A stretch of 32,000 nucleotides of DNA from Pseudoalteromonas translucida KMM 520. GTDB lineage: Bacteria; Pseudomonadota; Gammaproteobacteria; Enterobacterales; Alteromonadaceae. Below are positions 1-8,996 of the stretch, piece by piece. The translations under genes and the position numbers were made by a program. The notes beneath the pieces were generated by a model. The model had not been told where the DNA came from. It saw only the letters and a list, made by a program, of their open reading frames with translations, and did not search any database. Location of the stretch: positions 2,280,001 to 2,312,000 of the forward strand of contig NZ_CP011034.1 of the NCBI RefSeq assembly GCF_001465295.1, in the 5' to 3' direction. Within the stretch, counting starts at the first letter, position 1. The number at the start of each line of letters is the position of its first letter.

Positions 1-336
1 TACCCTGCGGCGTATCATAGCGTTATTGCAGTTAGTGCTATCGATAACAATAACCAGCTTTATCGATGGTCTAATAATGGTGACTATATTGACTTTAGTG
101 CACTGGGGGTAAATGTATTTACCGCTTTAGGCAATGGTGAATTTGGCAAGGAGTCGGGGACTTCAATGGCAGCCCCTCATGTGAGTGCTGCGCTGAGTTG
201 CTTACTGGTAAAACATAAAAACAACAAAACCAAAGCGCTTGATGAACTAACCTCGCTTGCTCACGATCTCGGTGAGCAAGGTAAAGATAGTCGGTTTGGC
301 TATGGGGCAATTTATCGCCCTAAAAGTGCACTTTAA
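1..336 (+). CDS. Subtilisin-like (S8) serine peptidase, C-terminal part (5' end outside window)
   Basis: Frame 1 is open from base 1 to the TAA at 334-336. The translation ...GNGEFGKESGTSMAAPHVSAALSCLLVKH... carries the subtilase catalytic-Ser motif GTSMAAPHV. It is missing from the ORF track because no start codon lies in the window. Confidence 0.85.
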   Translation, partial: YPAAYHSVIAVSAIDNNNQLYRWSNNGDYIDFSALGVNVFTALGNGEFGKESGTSMAAPHVSAALSCLLVKHKNNKTKALDELTSLAHDLGEQGKDSRFGYGAIYRPKSAL

Positions 337-1252
337 TAGATGCAGAGACAATACTTTGCGTATAAGTGTTACTACTTTGCTTAGATTCATAGTCACCGTA
401 CTCGGCTTCTGTGACTAACATTATATGTTTAAACAAGTCGAGATGCCAAAACACGTTAACAACATTTCTATGCTCATCGCGCGAAGGAATTGCCTCAAAT
501 ACTTCATTACTCGTTTGCTCTTCGTAATTTTTATTTTGATAGCGCCAGCCCAAGCCCACTTTATTACTTAAATTAAGTGCGGTAAATTTGTGCGTTATTT
601 TTGTGTTAAAGGTATAGCCGCTAAAATCGAATTGACTGTCTTGTGCATCCTCTTTATCAGCGGCTATTGATGCCATTAGCATGGTCTGTCCGTCGTTTAT
701 AAAGTGATACAAGCCAATATCAGTCCCTACACCATCGGCATCACGCGCTGTTGCACTGGCAAAGCGTTTGGTTTTATTTTTCACACTCATTCTTAAGTAA
801 GTTTGCGGTGATAAAAATCGCCCATAATAGGCACTTACTTGGTTAAAATGTAAAAAGGTATCGCCAGCCACATTGGCTTTAGCGCCATCGTAGCGTAGCC
901 CTAGCTCATTACTATTAAAGCTATAGCTCCCATCTACCCCATATTGATGTAAGTCTAAATCGTACTGATCAAACTCGTCATAATTTTGCTGCTCAAAGCG
1001 ATAACTTGACGTTAGCTTTACAGCTTTAGACACTTGCCATTTTGCAGTCGCGCCAGTCGAAATTTTAACGCCGCTATCGCTTTTTGATGAAATATCATCG
1101 AGTTCTTGTACTGACAATGCCGAGTTATTTAATACTCCCACCGCAGCATCGGCGGATACATCAAAACTACTTTTTGGCGCTATGGCTGTTGTTTCAGCAA
1201 AGCTGGCTTGAGTGCTAAATACGCATAATGTGGCTGTAATAATTGCTTTCAT
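320..1252 (-). CDS. Outer-membrane beta-barrel protein, family unassigned
   Basis: Has a signal peptide (MKAIITATLCVFSTQASFA), alternating beta-strand-like sequence and a C-terminal aromatic residue (..IKVHF). I prefer the ATG at 1252 because GGAGAT lies just upstream. The track start at 1267 adds 5 aa. Confidence 0.6.
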   Translation of the reverse strand: MKAIITATLCVFSTQASFAETTAIAPKSSFDVSADAAVGVLNNSALSVQELDDISSKSDSGVKISTGATAKWQVSKAVKLTSSYRFEQQNYDEFDQYDLDLHQYGVDGSYSFNSNELGLRYDGAKANVAGDTFLHFNQVSAYYGRFLSPQTYLRMSVKNKTKRFASATARDADGVGTDIGLYHFINDGQTMLMASIAADKEDAQDSQFDFSGYTFNTKITHKFTALNLSNKVGLGWRYQNKNYEEQTSNEVFEAIPSRDEHRNVVNVFWHLDLFKHIMLVTEAEYGDYESKQSSNTYTQSIVSASIKVHF

Positions 1253-1267
1253 AGTGATCTCCAACAC

Positions 1268-1291
1268 GCCGAGTAGGTTGCCCTACTCGGC
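1268..1291. other. Perfect 10-bp stem / 4-nt loop between two co-oriented genes (GCCGAGTAGG ttgc CCTACTCGGC)
   Basis: The inverted repeat is read directly from the sequence. On the minus (coding) strand no U-run follows, so this is more likely an intercistronic stabiliser or attenuator than a classic terminator. Confidence 0.35.
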
Positions 1292-1303
1292 TTTAATAAT
1301 GTA

Positions 1304-2167
1304 TTAAAGGCCTAGGTCTAAATCGTTGGTAATATTAGTAACCACTTCGCTTGCTGTACTCAGTGCTACATCGTTACTTATTTGCTCTGACACCGCTGAG
1401 CTAACTTGCCCACTAACACTTTGCTGTACCGTAGCTTGCAACGAACTCACGGTACTGTCTTGTACACTGCTCATTAAAGACTGCTGAACGCTGCCTACAA
1501 CCTCATTGCTTGCGTCAATCCCATTGCCTAATTGCAGCGCAGAATTTACGGTATTTGTAAGTGTTAGCTGGTTTGTTAATTGTGCTGAATTAAGCGTATT
1601 TTCTGCTGCAGCTTGCGTTACTGCAGCTTTTGCATGACTAACATTTGATACCAGCGCGGTGTCTGGCGTTGTAGGTTTAACACCTTCAGCGTTTTCAGTC
1701 TGCGTTGATGTTACATTTAATAATGAAGATTGGCTCAGCCCACCGGTTAAATTAGCGGCTGAACTAGTTAGCTGTGCTGAGGTGTTTAACGCGGTGTTGG
1801 TCGTCGCATTTAATGAAACAGCCGATGAGCTGAATGAAGTGTTAAGCGCCGAGCTTGTAGCTGCAACCAGTGAATTTGCACTATTTTCGGTATCACTTTG
1901 CCCATCTGCTGTTGTAACTTCCGCGTTGTCAGCCGCTGCGGTTGTTTCTGACTTTGAAGCGGTTACGCTCGTCTCGTTCGATACGTTAGTGTCATTACTG
2001 CCTCTGGCATTTACACCATTTTGAGCCATTTTCACTGACGTTACTGTTTGTTGCTCTGCCGACGTTGACTGAGTAATGTCAACTGCAGCTGCATGCGCCG
2101 TAGTTACAAAAGCACAAGCACCACTTAACATCATTACGCTTACAATTTTATTTAGTTTAGTCATCAT
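1304..2167 (-). CDS. Secreted (possibly lipidated) Ser/Thr/Ala/Asn-rich low-complexity protein
   Basis: N-terminal signal MMTKLNKIVSVMMLSGACAFVTTAHA, with a possible lipobox LSGAC or an AHA-A cleavage site. The rest is low-complexity S/T/A/N/Q sequence with no recognisable catalytic motif. Confidence 0.6.
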   Translation of the reverse strand: MMTKLNKIVSVMMLSGACAFVTTAHAAAVDITQSTSAEQQTVTSVKMAQNGVNARGSNDTNVSNETSVTASKSETTAAADNAEVTTADGQSDTENSANSLVAATSSALNTSFSSSAVSLNATTNTALNTSAQLTSSAANLTGGLSQSSLLNVTSTQTENAEGVKPTTPDTALVSNVSHAKAAVTQAAAENTLNSAQLTNQLTLTNTVNSALQLGNGIDASNEVVGSVQQSLMSSVQDSTVSSLQATVQQSVSGQVSSAVSEQISNDVALSTASEVVTNITNDLDLGL

Positions 2168-2247
2168 CTTTTCCTCTAGTGTGTCGGATTGACATATAGA
2201 AGACGGATGAATTATTGGTTTATTCCAAAATAAAATAAAAACTTTAA

Positions 2248-2296
2248 ACTTAATTTAAAATTAAGTGCTTTTTAAAAACTTGAATTAAAATTAAGT
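2248..2296. promoter_or_regulatory. Two copies of a 19-bp AT-rich near-palindrome (ACTTAATTTAAAATTAAGT at 2248-2266, ACTTGAATTAAAATTAAGT at 2278-2296), 30 bp centre to centre
   Basis: Read directly from the sequence. They lie upstream of the 1304..2167 gene and are candidate operator sites. Confidence 0.3.
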
Positions 2297-2379
2297 AGCG
2301 AGAGTCTTTATGACAAAGCGACTAGAGAGCAAGCAACTGCAATTAAAGTTAAAAAACACGGTAAATACCTTCCCTGTAT

Positions 2380-4542
2380 TTACCTATGTGCTATTAGTGC
2401 TTGTTGAATAAGGAGTAACAACTGCGCTGTGGCGGTTGCATCGGCAAGTGCTCGGTGATGGCTGGTTAAATTTAAATTAAAATGCTTTGACAAATTACCC
2501 AACGAATACGACTTTAAGCCCGCAAAGGCTTTACGCGACTCTACCACAGTGCACAACTTGGGCATTTTAAAAGACACTTTTGCCATTTCGCATTCTTTTT
2601 TAATAAACCCGTAGTCAAAGTTAACATTGTGCGCAACAAAAATACTTCCCGCTAATTTAGCCATTAAAGGCTGTACTATATCTGCAAATACTGGCGCATT
2701 ACTTACCATGCTATCGCTAATACCAGTTAACGACGTGATAAACCCGGGTATATGTCGCTGTGGGTTAACTAAAGTAGCCCAGGTATCGATTACTTTGCCA
2801 TGCTGTACTTTTACTAAGCCAATTTCGGTTATTTTGTTACCGCCTTTTAATGCACCTGTCGTTTCTAAATCAACGACGCTGTAAATGCGATTGGGATCTA
2901 TAAACCACTTAACAACGGCTATATGTACCTCAAAGCCGACATTTTTTAAATTATCAATGGTGGTTAATTGGTTGCGCCTTAGCTTGTCGCCCGGTGCTTT
3001 TACTTCTTCAAAATGTACTTTGCCATTATTGATAACCATTAAGTCGGGGTAGCCGTCTTTTAGCTGTAAGTAATGCTTACTCATATTGGTTAAATGAGTA
3101 ATTAATGCCTCATGCGGGCTATTTAAAATAAGCGCTTCTAACGGTTGTAGTAGCTCGTTATGCCATTTAAATAAACCGTTAGGTTGATCAAAGTATTGCG
3201 CTGCATTTTTACACACTAAATTAAGTAATGTTTGCGACGTTTGGCACTGTGCTAAGCGCTCATTTATTTGTGCCTGTTGCGCTGCATAAAAGTTACCAAG
3301 CCTTAATACTTGCGGATAAATATCAAACTCGCTACACGGCGGGTAAGGGGTATCAATAAATAACTCGTGCCAAAATACTAAACCAAACAAACTTTGCCAC
3401 AATGTGTTTTCGGTATTAAATACCTGCATACCTTGGGCAGTGTAATAGTCGTTTACGCCTTGCTCTACTTCACCTCGGTATAATTCGTCAATTTCGAGTG
3501 TACATTGCGTGTCGGCAAGCATGGCACTTAAACGCGAACGTGTTTTTTTATTAAATTTACGCATTAAAAAGTCGTCAGCAAAATACAGTAAATCATCCGT
3601 TAGCGGATTTTCAATAATGGCTTCTAATCGTGCTTTTACCCACTCTTTATTACCAAGCCGGTATTGCTCTCTTATTTGAATTTCGTGTGCTTCGCTATCA
3701 TCCACGCACCCTTCAAGTAAGCTAAAAGCAAGTTCGCTATTGGTATTTTTTAACTGTTTAAAAAGCTGTACTAATAACTTATTTTTAAGAGCAACGGCAA
3801 TGGCACCGTGCGCAGCTTGCACTAAAACCAGCGGCGCTAAAGCATCGTAATCGCTCTCATCGGTTATATTTTTAAATGCTAATCGGTAACGGTTTAGTAA
3901 ATAGTTTGATTGCGCTTCGGCCTTCGTATCAAAGCGCGATAAGCTCTCGCTGTGCCCTTCACGCGTAGCGGTTAAACCTAAGTCTCGCATTACAAAACGA
4001 TTTTGATGATTCACATCACCACTGCTTAGTTTTCCTGCAAATAAAAACTCAAAATACTCGTAATAATCGCTGCGGTTATTAATTACATACTGACTATAAA
4101 GCGGTGCAAGCTCGTGCGGGCAGGTTTTAAAAAATTCACGGCCAATATCCACCAGCGCGCCTTTCGCGGCACTTTTTTTAAAGCTTATTTGATCTGGGTA
4201 ATTACTTAGTAACTCCAGCAAAGCAGGTTTGGTTAAGTGAGCCAAAAGCTGTGAATAATGCAGCTTGTTTGGCTCAAATAAAATACCGGCTTTTTTTAGC
4301 GTATAAATAGCCTGATGCGGCGAGGTTATTTCTTCATAATTAAGCGACTGCGCCTGTACCAAATAAGGCTTGCGCGAATACACACGCGCCAACATGCACT
4401 GGCTTTGCTCATCTAGCTGGTTAATTTTACTAATAAATTCACTATGTTTAGGCTCAAGTAAATGCATACATTTACTTGTTACAAACTCAATAAGCTCTCT
4501 AAAATGCGCTAAATAGTATTTTGCTGGTAATTCTTTTTTCAT
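2380..4542 (-). CDS. FAN1-like VRR-NUC nuclease fused to a C-terminal DnaQ/DEDDh-type 3'-5' exonuclease domain
   Basis: The N-terminus (KYYLAHFRELIEFV...ARVYSRKPYL) resembles the FAN1 SAP/TPR region. The VRR-NUC core is DGYPDLMVINNGKVHFEEVKAPGDKLRRNQ. The last ~170 aa (YSVVDLETTGA...FVAHNVNFDYGF...SHHRALADA) carry the Exo I/II/III DEDDh motifs. Confidence 0.8.
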   Translation of the reverse strand: MKKELPAKYYLAHFRELIEFVTSKCMHLLEPKHSEFISKINQLDEQSQCMLARVYSRKPYLVQAQSLNYEEITSPHQAIYTLKKAGILFEPNKLHYSQLLAHLTKPALLELLSNYPDQISFKKSAAKGALVDIGREFFKTCPHELAPLYSQYVINNRSDYYEYFEFLFAGKLSSGDVNHQNRFVMRDLGLTATREGHSESLSRFDTKAEAQSNYLLNRYRLAFKNITDESDYDALAPLVLVQAAHGAIAVALKNKLLVQLFKQLKNTNSELAFSLLEGCVDDSEAHEIQIREQYRLGNKEWVKARLEAIIENPLTDDLLYFADDFLMRKFNKKTRSRLSAMLADTQCTLEIDELYRGEVEQGVNDYYTAQGMQVFNTENTLWQSLFGLVFWHELFIDTPYPPCSEFDIYPQVLRLGNFYAAQQAQINERLAQCQTSQTLLNLVCKNAAQYFDQPNGLFKWHNELLQPLEALILNSPHEALITHLTNMSKHYLQLKDGYPDLMVINNGKVHFEEVKAPGDKLRRNQLTTIDNLKNVGFEVHIAVVKWFIDPNRIYSVVDLETTGALKGGNKITEIGLVKVQHGKVIDTWATLVNPQRHIPGFITSLTGISDSMVSNAPVFADIVQPLMAKLAGSIFVAHNVNFDYGFIKKECEMAKVSFKMPKLCTVVESRKAFAGLKSYSLGNLSKHFNLNLTSHHRALADATATAQLLLLIQQALIAHR

Positions 4543-4555
4543 AATATCGCCACAA

Positions 4556-4571
4556 CTGTATATAAAAACAG
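4556..4571 (-). promoter_or_regulatory. LexA (SOS) box CTGTATATAAAAACAG, 13 bp upstream of the FAN1-like/exonuclease ATG
   Basis: Exact match to the gammaproteobacterial CTGT-N8-ACAG consensus with an AT-rich centre. Confidence 0.7.
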
Positions 4572-4659
4572 TATCCAGTATTTGCGCTTATTATTCAATC
4601 TTAAAGTTGCAATCAGTAATGGTTATAGTTGCCATATAAAAATAATGTAGAGTCGATAA

Positions 4660-4852
4660 GCACTGAATGTAAAAAGCGACATATTACAAGCCACACTACA
4701 CAAACAAAGCATTGTCATACATTGCAAAGGCGGCACTGACCGCACAGGGGTTGGTAGCTGCACTTATTTTAAATTCTGCAGGTTACACAACAGAAGAAGT
4801 ATACAATCTAGTACAAGGCATTCGCCCTAAAGCACTCACTATAGAGCTGTAA
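4660..4852 (+). pseudogene. Remnant of a Cys-based protein-tyrosine/dual-specificity phosphatase (N-terminally truncated, +1 frameshift)
   Basis: One frame reads ..SIVIHCKGGTDRTG (the HCxxGxxRT P-loop). After a GGGG run at ~4744-4747 the continuation LVAALILNSAGYTTEEVYNLVQGIRPKALTIEL* is in the +1 frame. An in-frame stop at 4657-4659 lies upstream, and there is no N-terminal half. Confidence 0.45.
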
Positions 4853-5072
4853 AAAGAGTGCTTTGAGAATTTTGAGATGTAAGGTAGAAACTGGGGGAGG
4901 GTTTAGCACTATAACTAGTGCTAAAAATACTTTTTGAACAACAGTAAAACCTTATTATTGCAGTTATAAGTATATAAAACTGAAACACTGGTTTACCTAT
5001 TTTATAATTTAATCAAAAGTGACTTTAATCTCAAAAGCTCAATACCTCCTGACACACAAACTTATTATTAAG

Positions 5073-5984
5073 TTACTTGTAAGAAACTTCCGATTTTTTT
5101 ATGGATTGTAATAAGTGATTATACCCACTGCCTAAAAACCTTTTAAAATCTAGAGTATCGGTTTGCAAATTACATTTTGGGCCTAAAATAATACCTTTTA
5201 AGCATGATGGTCTAAACACATGCTCATAAAAAGAAATTATATTTCCATTTACTGTTCTGTATTTTGATTTCATCTCATCATTAGAGTTATAAACGAGTCT
5301 GACCTCATCCTCTTCGCTAAATCCTTCACTTTTGAAGAGCACTGGTGCAGCAAAGAAATTACTACTTACAAACCTCTCTTTCACAGGATCTACTTTTTTA
5401 GATCTGAAAATACTCTGCTCAATTAATTCTTTAATTAATTTAGCACAATATTCATCCTGATCTAGCTTGTTGTAAATAACATCATTAATATATTTAGGAA
5501 ACTCACTTTTATTTTTGATCGACTTTTCAAGCTCTATTTTGGAAAAGGCTAGAGCAACACCTTTACCATCGTCCCCATAAGCTCTCCATTGACTTAATTT
5601 ATCTCCGTTTTTAGAGAAGCAACATATGTGTGGTAGAAGCATATTAGAAACAATTTCTAAAGAAGGTAATATTAACTCAACAAGAGTTCGTTTTGTTAAG
5701 TCTCTCATACCTTCAATAAATTCAGGGTTAGATTCGATGTTAGGGATCACCCTAAGGTGCTGTGTTAAAGGATCTTTTGAATGGTACTTTTCCATACATC
5801 TAATAGTTTCTTCAGCGCTTAGATGAACACTTTCTATTGCTCGTCGGATTAAAGGGGGTAATAGCTTACCTTCTTGACTATCATTCATTTCGGTAATACT
5901 GCTAACCCATAAGCTTTGACTCTGTATAATGCTCATAAATGCTTCAACAGATGTGTAATGATAAATTATATCTTGATCTTTCAT
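5073..5984 (-). CDS. DUF2971-like hypothetical protein
   Basis: The N-terminus IIYHYTSVEAFMSIIQSQSLWVSSITEMNDSQE matches the DUF2971 signature (YHYTS...LW.S....NDP.E) as I recall it. The gene is markedly AT-rich compared with its neighbours. Confidence 0.65.
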   Translation of the reverse strand: MKDQDIIYHYTSVEAFMSIIQSQSLWVSSITEMNDSQEGKLLPPLIRRAIESVHLSAEETIRCMEKYHSKDPLTQHLRVIPNIESNPEFIEGMRDLTKRTLVELILPSLEIVSNMLLPHICCFSKNGDKLSQWRAYGDDGKGVALAFSKIELEKSIKNKSEFPKYINDVIYNKLDQDEYCAKLIKELIEQSIFRSKKVDPVKERFVSSNFFAAPVLFKSEGFSEEDEVRLVYNSNDEMKSKYRTVNGNIISFYEHVFRPSCLKGIILGPKCNLQTDTLDFKRFLGSGYNHLLQSIKKSEVSYK

Positions 5985-6368
5985 GGCTCTTTCATACCTT
6001 TTACTTTAGTATTTTTATTGTAGTTAATGCACTTACTAAAATTTATTTAGGATTCCCCCCTATTTTGCATTTTTATATAAACTTTTAGCAATTTAGCTGC
6101 TTTTCATGGAGCAAAATATTAACCACTAGTTGATCATTAGCTATGAGGTCAAGTTTGATATATTTATATAGTCTCGTTGCAAAGTTAATTGCCAAAATAT
6201 TTGGTACCTATTTCACACTCATTACACCTAACTCTCTTTTGATAAGCAAGTTTACTTTTTAAACATATACCTACTGAATATGTTATCAGTTTATAAACCA
6301 ACGTATTCAGCCATAGCGCTTTACTATATTATGCTCCTTTATATTTAATTTATATTTCAGGGCATATA

Positions 6369-7788
6369 ATGACAACGCACACACCGCCTTCCCACTCAGC
6401 CAACACAGTTGAAAACACCTCTCTTTTTTACGTAATATTTATATCGGCCGTGGCTGCTATTGGTGGCTTTTTATTTGGTTTTGACTCGGGCGTTATTAAC
6501 GGTACGGTATCGGCACTCGGTAATGCATTTAATTCTAGCAGTGTGGCTACGGGCTTTAACGTAGCGTCTGTATTACTTGGCTGTGCCTTAGGTGCGCTTG
6601 CTGCGGGGCCGCTGGCTGATAAGTTTGGCCGCCGTGCAATTATGATCATCACTGCGATTATTTTTGCCATTAGTGCGTTTGGTTCAGGCATTAGCGAAAG
6701 CTCTGCGGAGTTTATTTTTTACCGTTTATTTGGTGGTTTAGGTATTGGTGCTGCATCGGTATTAGCGCCAGCTTACATTGCTGAGGTTGCGCCACCAGCA
6801 CTTCGTGGTCGTTTAGCTACATTACAACAACTCGCTATTGTACTGGGTTTGTTTGCTGCGTTTTTAAGCAACTATTTAATTGCTGATGCAGCAGGTAGCG
6901 CGCAAAATATTTTAATGCTTGATATAGCCGCTTGGCGCTGAATGTTTTGGGCTGAGCTTGTGCCTGCAGTACTGTTTTTAGTGGGTGTGTTGTTTATTCC
7001 CGAGTCGCCTCGTTATTTAGTGGCGCAAGGTAAAGTAGATGATGCAAAAGCGGTATTTAGTAAAATATCGAACGACAATGCCGATGCGCAAATAAGCGAT
7101 GTAAAACGATCCTTGCACAGCGATACAAAGCCAAGTATTCGCGATTTATTTATTGATGGCAGTAAAAAGTACATCCTATTGGGTGGGTGTGGCGCTGAGT
7201 GTATTTCAGCAATTTGTGGGTATTAACATGGTGTTTTATTACGGCTCTGAGCTTTGGCAAGCCGCTGGGTTTGATGAGTCGCAATCACTATTTATAAATG
7301 TATTAGCGGGCACTACTAATATTGTATCGACCTTTATTGCCATTGCCCTAGTAGACAAAGTTGGCCGTAAACCACTGTTACTAGTGGGTAGTATTGGTAT
7401 GTTTATCAGCCTAAGTGCACTTACCTATATATTTGGCAGCGCAGGCCTTGATGAAGCAGGCAAACTTACCCTTAGCGATGACATGGGTGCGTTTGCGTTG
7501 ATTATGGCTAACTTATTTGTGGTATTTTTTGGCTTAAGCTGGGGCCCTATTGTATGGGTATTATTAGGCGAAATGTTTAATAACCGTATTCGAGGTGCAG
7601 CCCTTGCTGTGGCCGCCAGTGCGCAGTGGATAGCTAACTTTGCAATCACTATGACCTTCCCTATAATGCTTGCCAATATAGGCCTTGCCGGTGCATACGG
7701 CTTTTATGCGTTATCGGCACTTATAAGTATATTTTTTGTTGTTAAATACATTAAAGAAACGCGCGGCAAAACGCTCGAATCTATGTGA
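6369..7788 (+). pseudogene. MFS sugar porter (GalP/XylE-like sugar:H+ symporter) disrupted by a nonsense codon and a frameshift
   Basis: Three consecutive ORFs (6369-6941, 6942-7226, 7153-7788) together give a complete sugar-porter sequence. TGA at 6939-6941 sits where the conserved Trp of the WRWMF motif is expected (..AAWR*MFW..). The frame changes between ~7160 and 7226, before VGVALSVFQQFVGIN. Confidence 0.8.
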
Positions 7789-7922
7789 TTTAGATTATAA
7801 ACGGTGATATTAGTCACCAGTAAAAAGTAACGGGTGCTAGCTACTTAGCGCCAAATCAGCAAGTATCAATCGAAATGAAACAAACCGGTTTAGGTGTTTC
7901 TATTGTTTGGGAAATTTAAAAA

Positions 7923-8336
7923 ATGGTAACAGAATTCACCCCAGTATCGGCTGCTATAGGCGGTGCATTAATAGGTATAGCGTGTACGTTATTACTGGTT
8001 TTGTACGGAAAAATTGCAGGCATATCGGGTATTGTTAAGTCTGTATTTGCTAAAGTAAATTCGGGTTCTCGTTGGCAGCTATACTTTATTTTAGGGTTGT
8101 TGTTGGCGGGTGTAGCTGTAAGGGTATTTGCGCCTTCTTTATTAGAGGGCGAATTACAGTTGCCGCCTTGGCTTATTATTGTTGCAGGGCTTTTAGTTGG
8201 CGTAGGTACAACTTTAGCTAATGGATGCACAAGTGGCCATGGCGTGTGTGGCATGTCGCGCTTTTCTACCCGCTCTTGGGTTGCAACATGTACATTTATG
8301 CTCGTCGCCATTATTACAGCAAACCTGGTAGGATAA
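7923..8336 (+). CDS. YeeE/YedE-family membrane protein (sulfur-compound transport component)
   Basis: Four-TM protein with the GCTSGHGVCG motif typical of YeeE/YedE. Confidence 0.8.
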   Translation: MVTEFTPVSAAIGGALIGIACTLLLVLYGKIAGISGIVKSVFAKVNSGSRWQLYFILGLLLAGVAVRVFAPSLLEGELQLPPWLIIVAGLLVGVGTTLANGCTSGHGVCGMSRFSTRSWVATCTFMLVAIITANLVG

Positions 8337-8339
8337 ATA

Positions 8340-8744
8340 ATGAAAGCAATTATTATGGTTGTTATAGGCTTTATATTTGGCTTAGGGCTTATTATTAGCG
8401 GTATGACAAACCCCGCTAAAGTAATTAACTTTCTTACCTATGGAAACCAATGGGACGCAAGTTTAATTATAGTGATGGCTGTTGCCATGCTAATAATGAT
8501 GCTTACGTGGTTATGGGTTGCAAAAAAAGAGAAGCCGCTCCTTTCAAGATCATTTAACTTAAGTGATTTAAAAAAAGTTGATACGCGCTTAATTACTGGC
8601 TCAATACTCTTTGGTTTAGGCTGGGGTTTAAGTGGCATATGCCCAGGCCCTGGCTTGGTTCAATTAGTGTCTCTTAAAATGGAATTTTTGTTGTTTTTTG
8701 CGGCCGTGCTAGGCGGTATGTGGCTCACCAAAAAGCTTACTTAA
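8340..8744 (+). CDS. YeeE/YedE-like partner membrane protein
   Basis: Lies 3 bp downstream of the previous gene. Four TM segments with a GLSGICPGPG motif. This is the typical two-gene split YeeE/YedE arrangement. Confidence 0.75.
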   Translation: MKAIIMVVIGFIFGLGLIISGMTNPAKVINFLTYGNQWDASLIIVMAVAMLIMMLTWLWVAKKEKPLLSRSFNLSDLKKVDTRLITGSILFGLGWGLSGICPGPGLVQLVSLKMEFLLFFAAVLGGMWLTKKLT

Positions 8745-8771
8745 CTCAACGACTCATTAACTAGCGCAGAT

Positions 8772-8797
8772 AAAACGCCCCATATTTGGGGCGTTTT
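8772..8797 (+). terminator. Rho-independent terminator AAAACGCCCC atattt GGGGCGTTTT
   Basis: Perfect GC-rich stem followed by a T-run, 28 bp after the stop at 8744. Confidence 0.7.
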
Positions 8798-8948
8798 GCT
8801 GTATTAAGCCATAAACGCTGTAAGCTTTACCAACGTGCTATGCGCTTTATTACCTCAATAACTTTTACTGTGCCGGGCTTACGCTAACGCGGTGATCCCC
8901 CTCCCCTATAAAATATTTTACTAGAGAACATTTACTGGAACATTTAAT

Positions 8949-8963
8949 TGATACAATATAACA
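8949..8963 (+). promoter_or_regulatory. Candidate Zur box TGATACAATATAACA overlapping a TACAAT -10 element
   Basis: Matches 13 of 15 positions of the palindromic core TGTTATAATATAACA that I recall for gammaproteobacterial Zur. It lies 34 bp upstream of a COG0523 gene, a classic Zur-regulon member. Confidence 0.4.
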
Positions 8964-8996
8964 TACCAACAATTGCAACTTAGTAGACTCAAGTAA

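Noticed and set aside
119-310. 63-aa minus-strand ORF at the window start
   Set aside because: It lies entirely antisense to the open S8-peptidase frame, which has a clear GTSMAAPHV motif. It is a shadow ORF.
1659-2024. 121-aa plus-strand ORF inside the Ser/Thr-rich gene. The same applies to other antisense or embedded track ORFs: 2627-2884, 5626-5826, 6428-6691, 7425-7676, 7916-8311, 8438-8638, 8921-9148, 9202-9396, 9633-9839, 9655-10011, 10294-10578, 10657-10869, 12444-12728, 12521-12721, 16852-17058, 18667-18864, 26247-26525, 27324-27545, 27552-27785, 28041-28307 and 28566-28802.
   Set aside because: Each overlaps a longer ORF on the opposite strand, or in another frame, that has recognisable motifs. 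Their translations are low-complexity or atypical. I treat them as non-coding shadows.
6939-6941. TGA read as Trp (alternative genetic code) or programmed readthrough in the sugar-porter gene
   Set aside because: TGA is used as a normal stop by other genes in the window, for example the 7153..7788 ORF ends in TGA. A second, independent frameshift lies in the same gene. Pseudogenisation or sequencing error is the simpler explanation.
8921-8945. Direct repeat GAACATTTA ctg GAACATTTA upstream of the COG0523 gene as a second Zur or other operator
   Set aside because: It is only a 9-bp tandem repeat with no dyad symmetry. It may contribute AACAT half-sites, but I cannot support a call.
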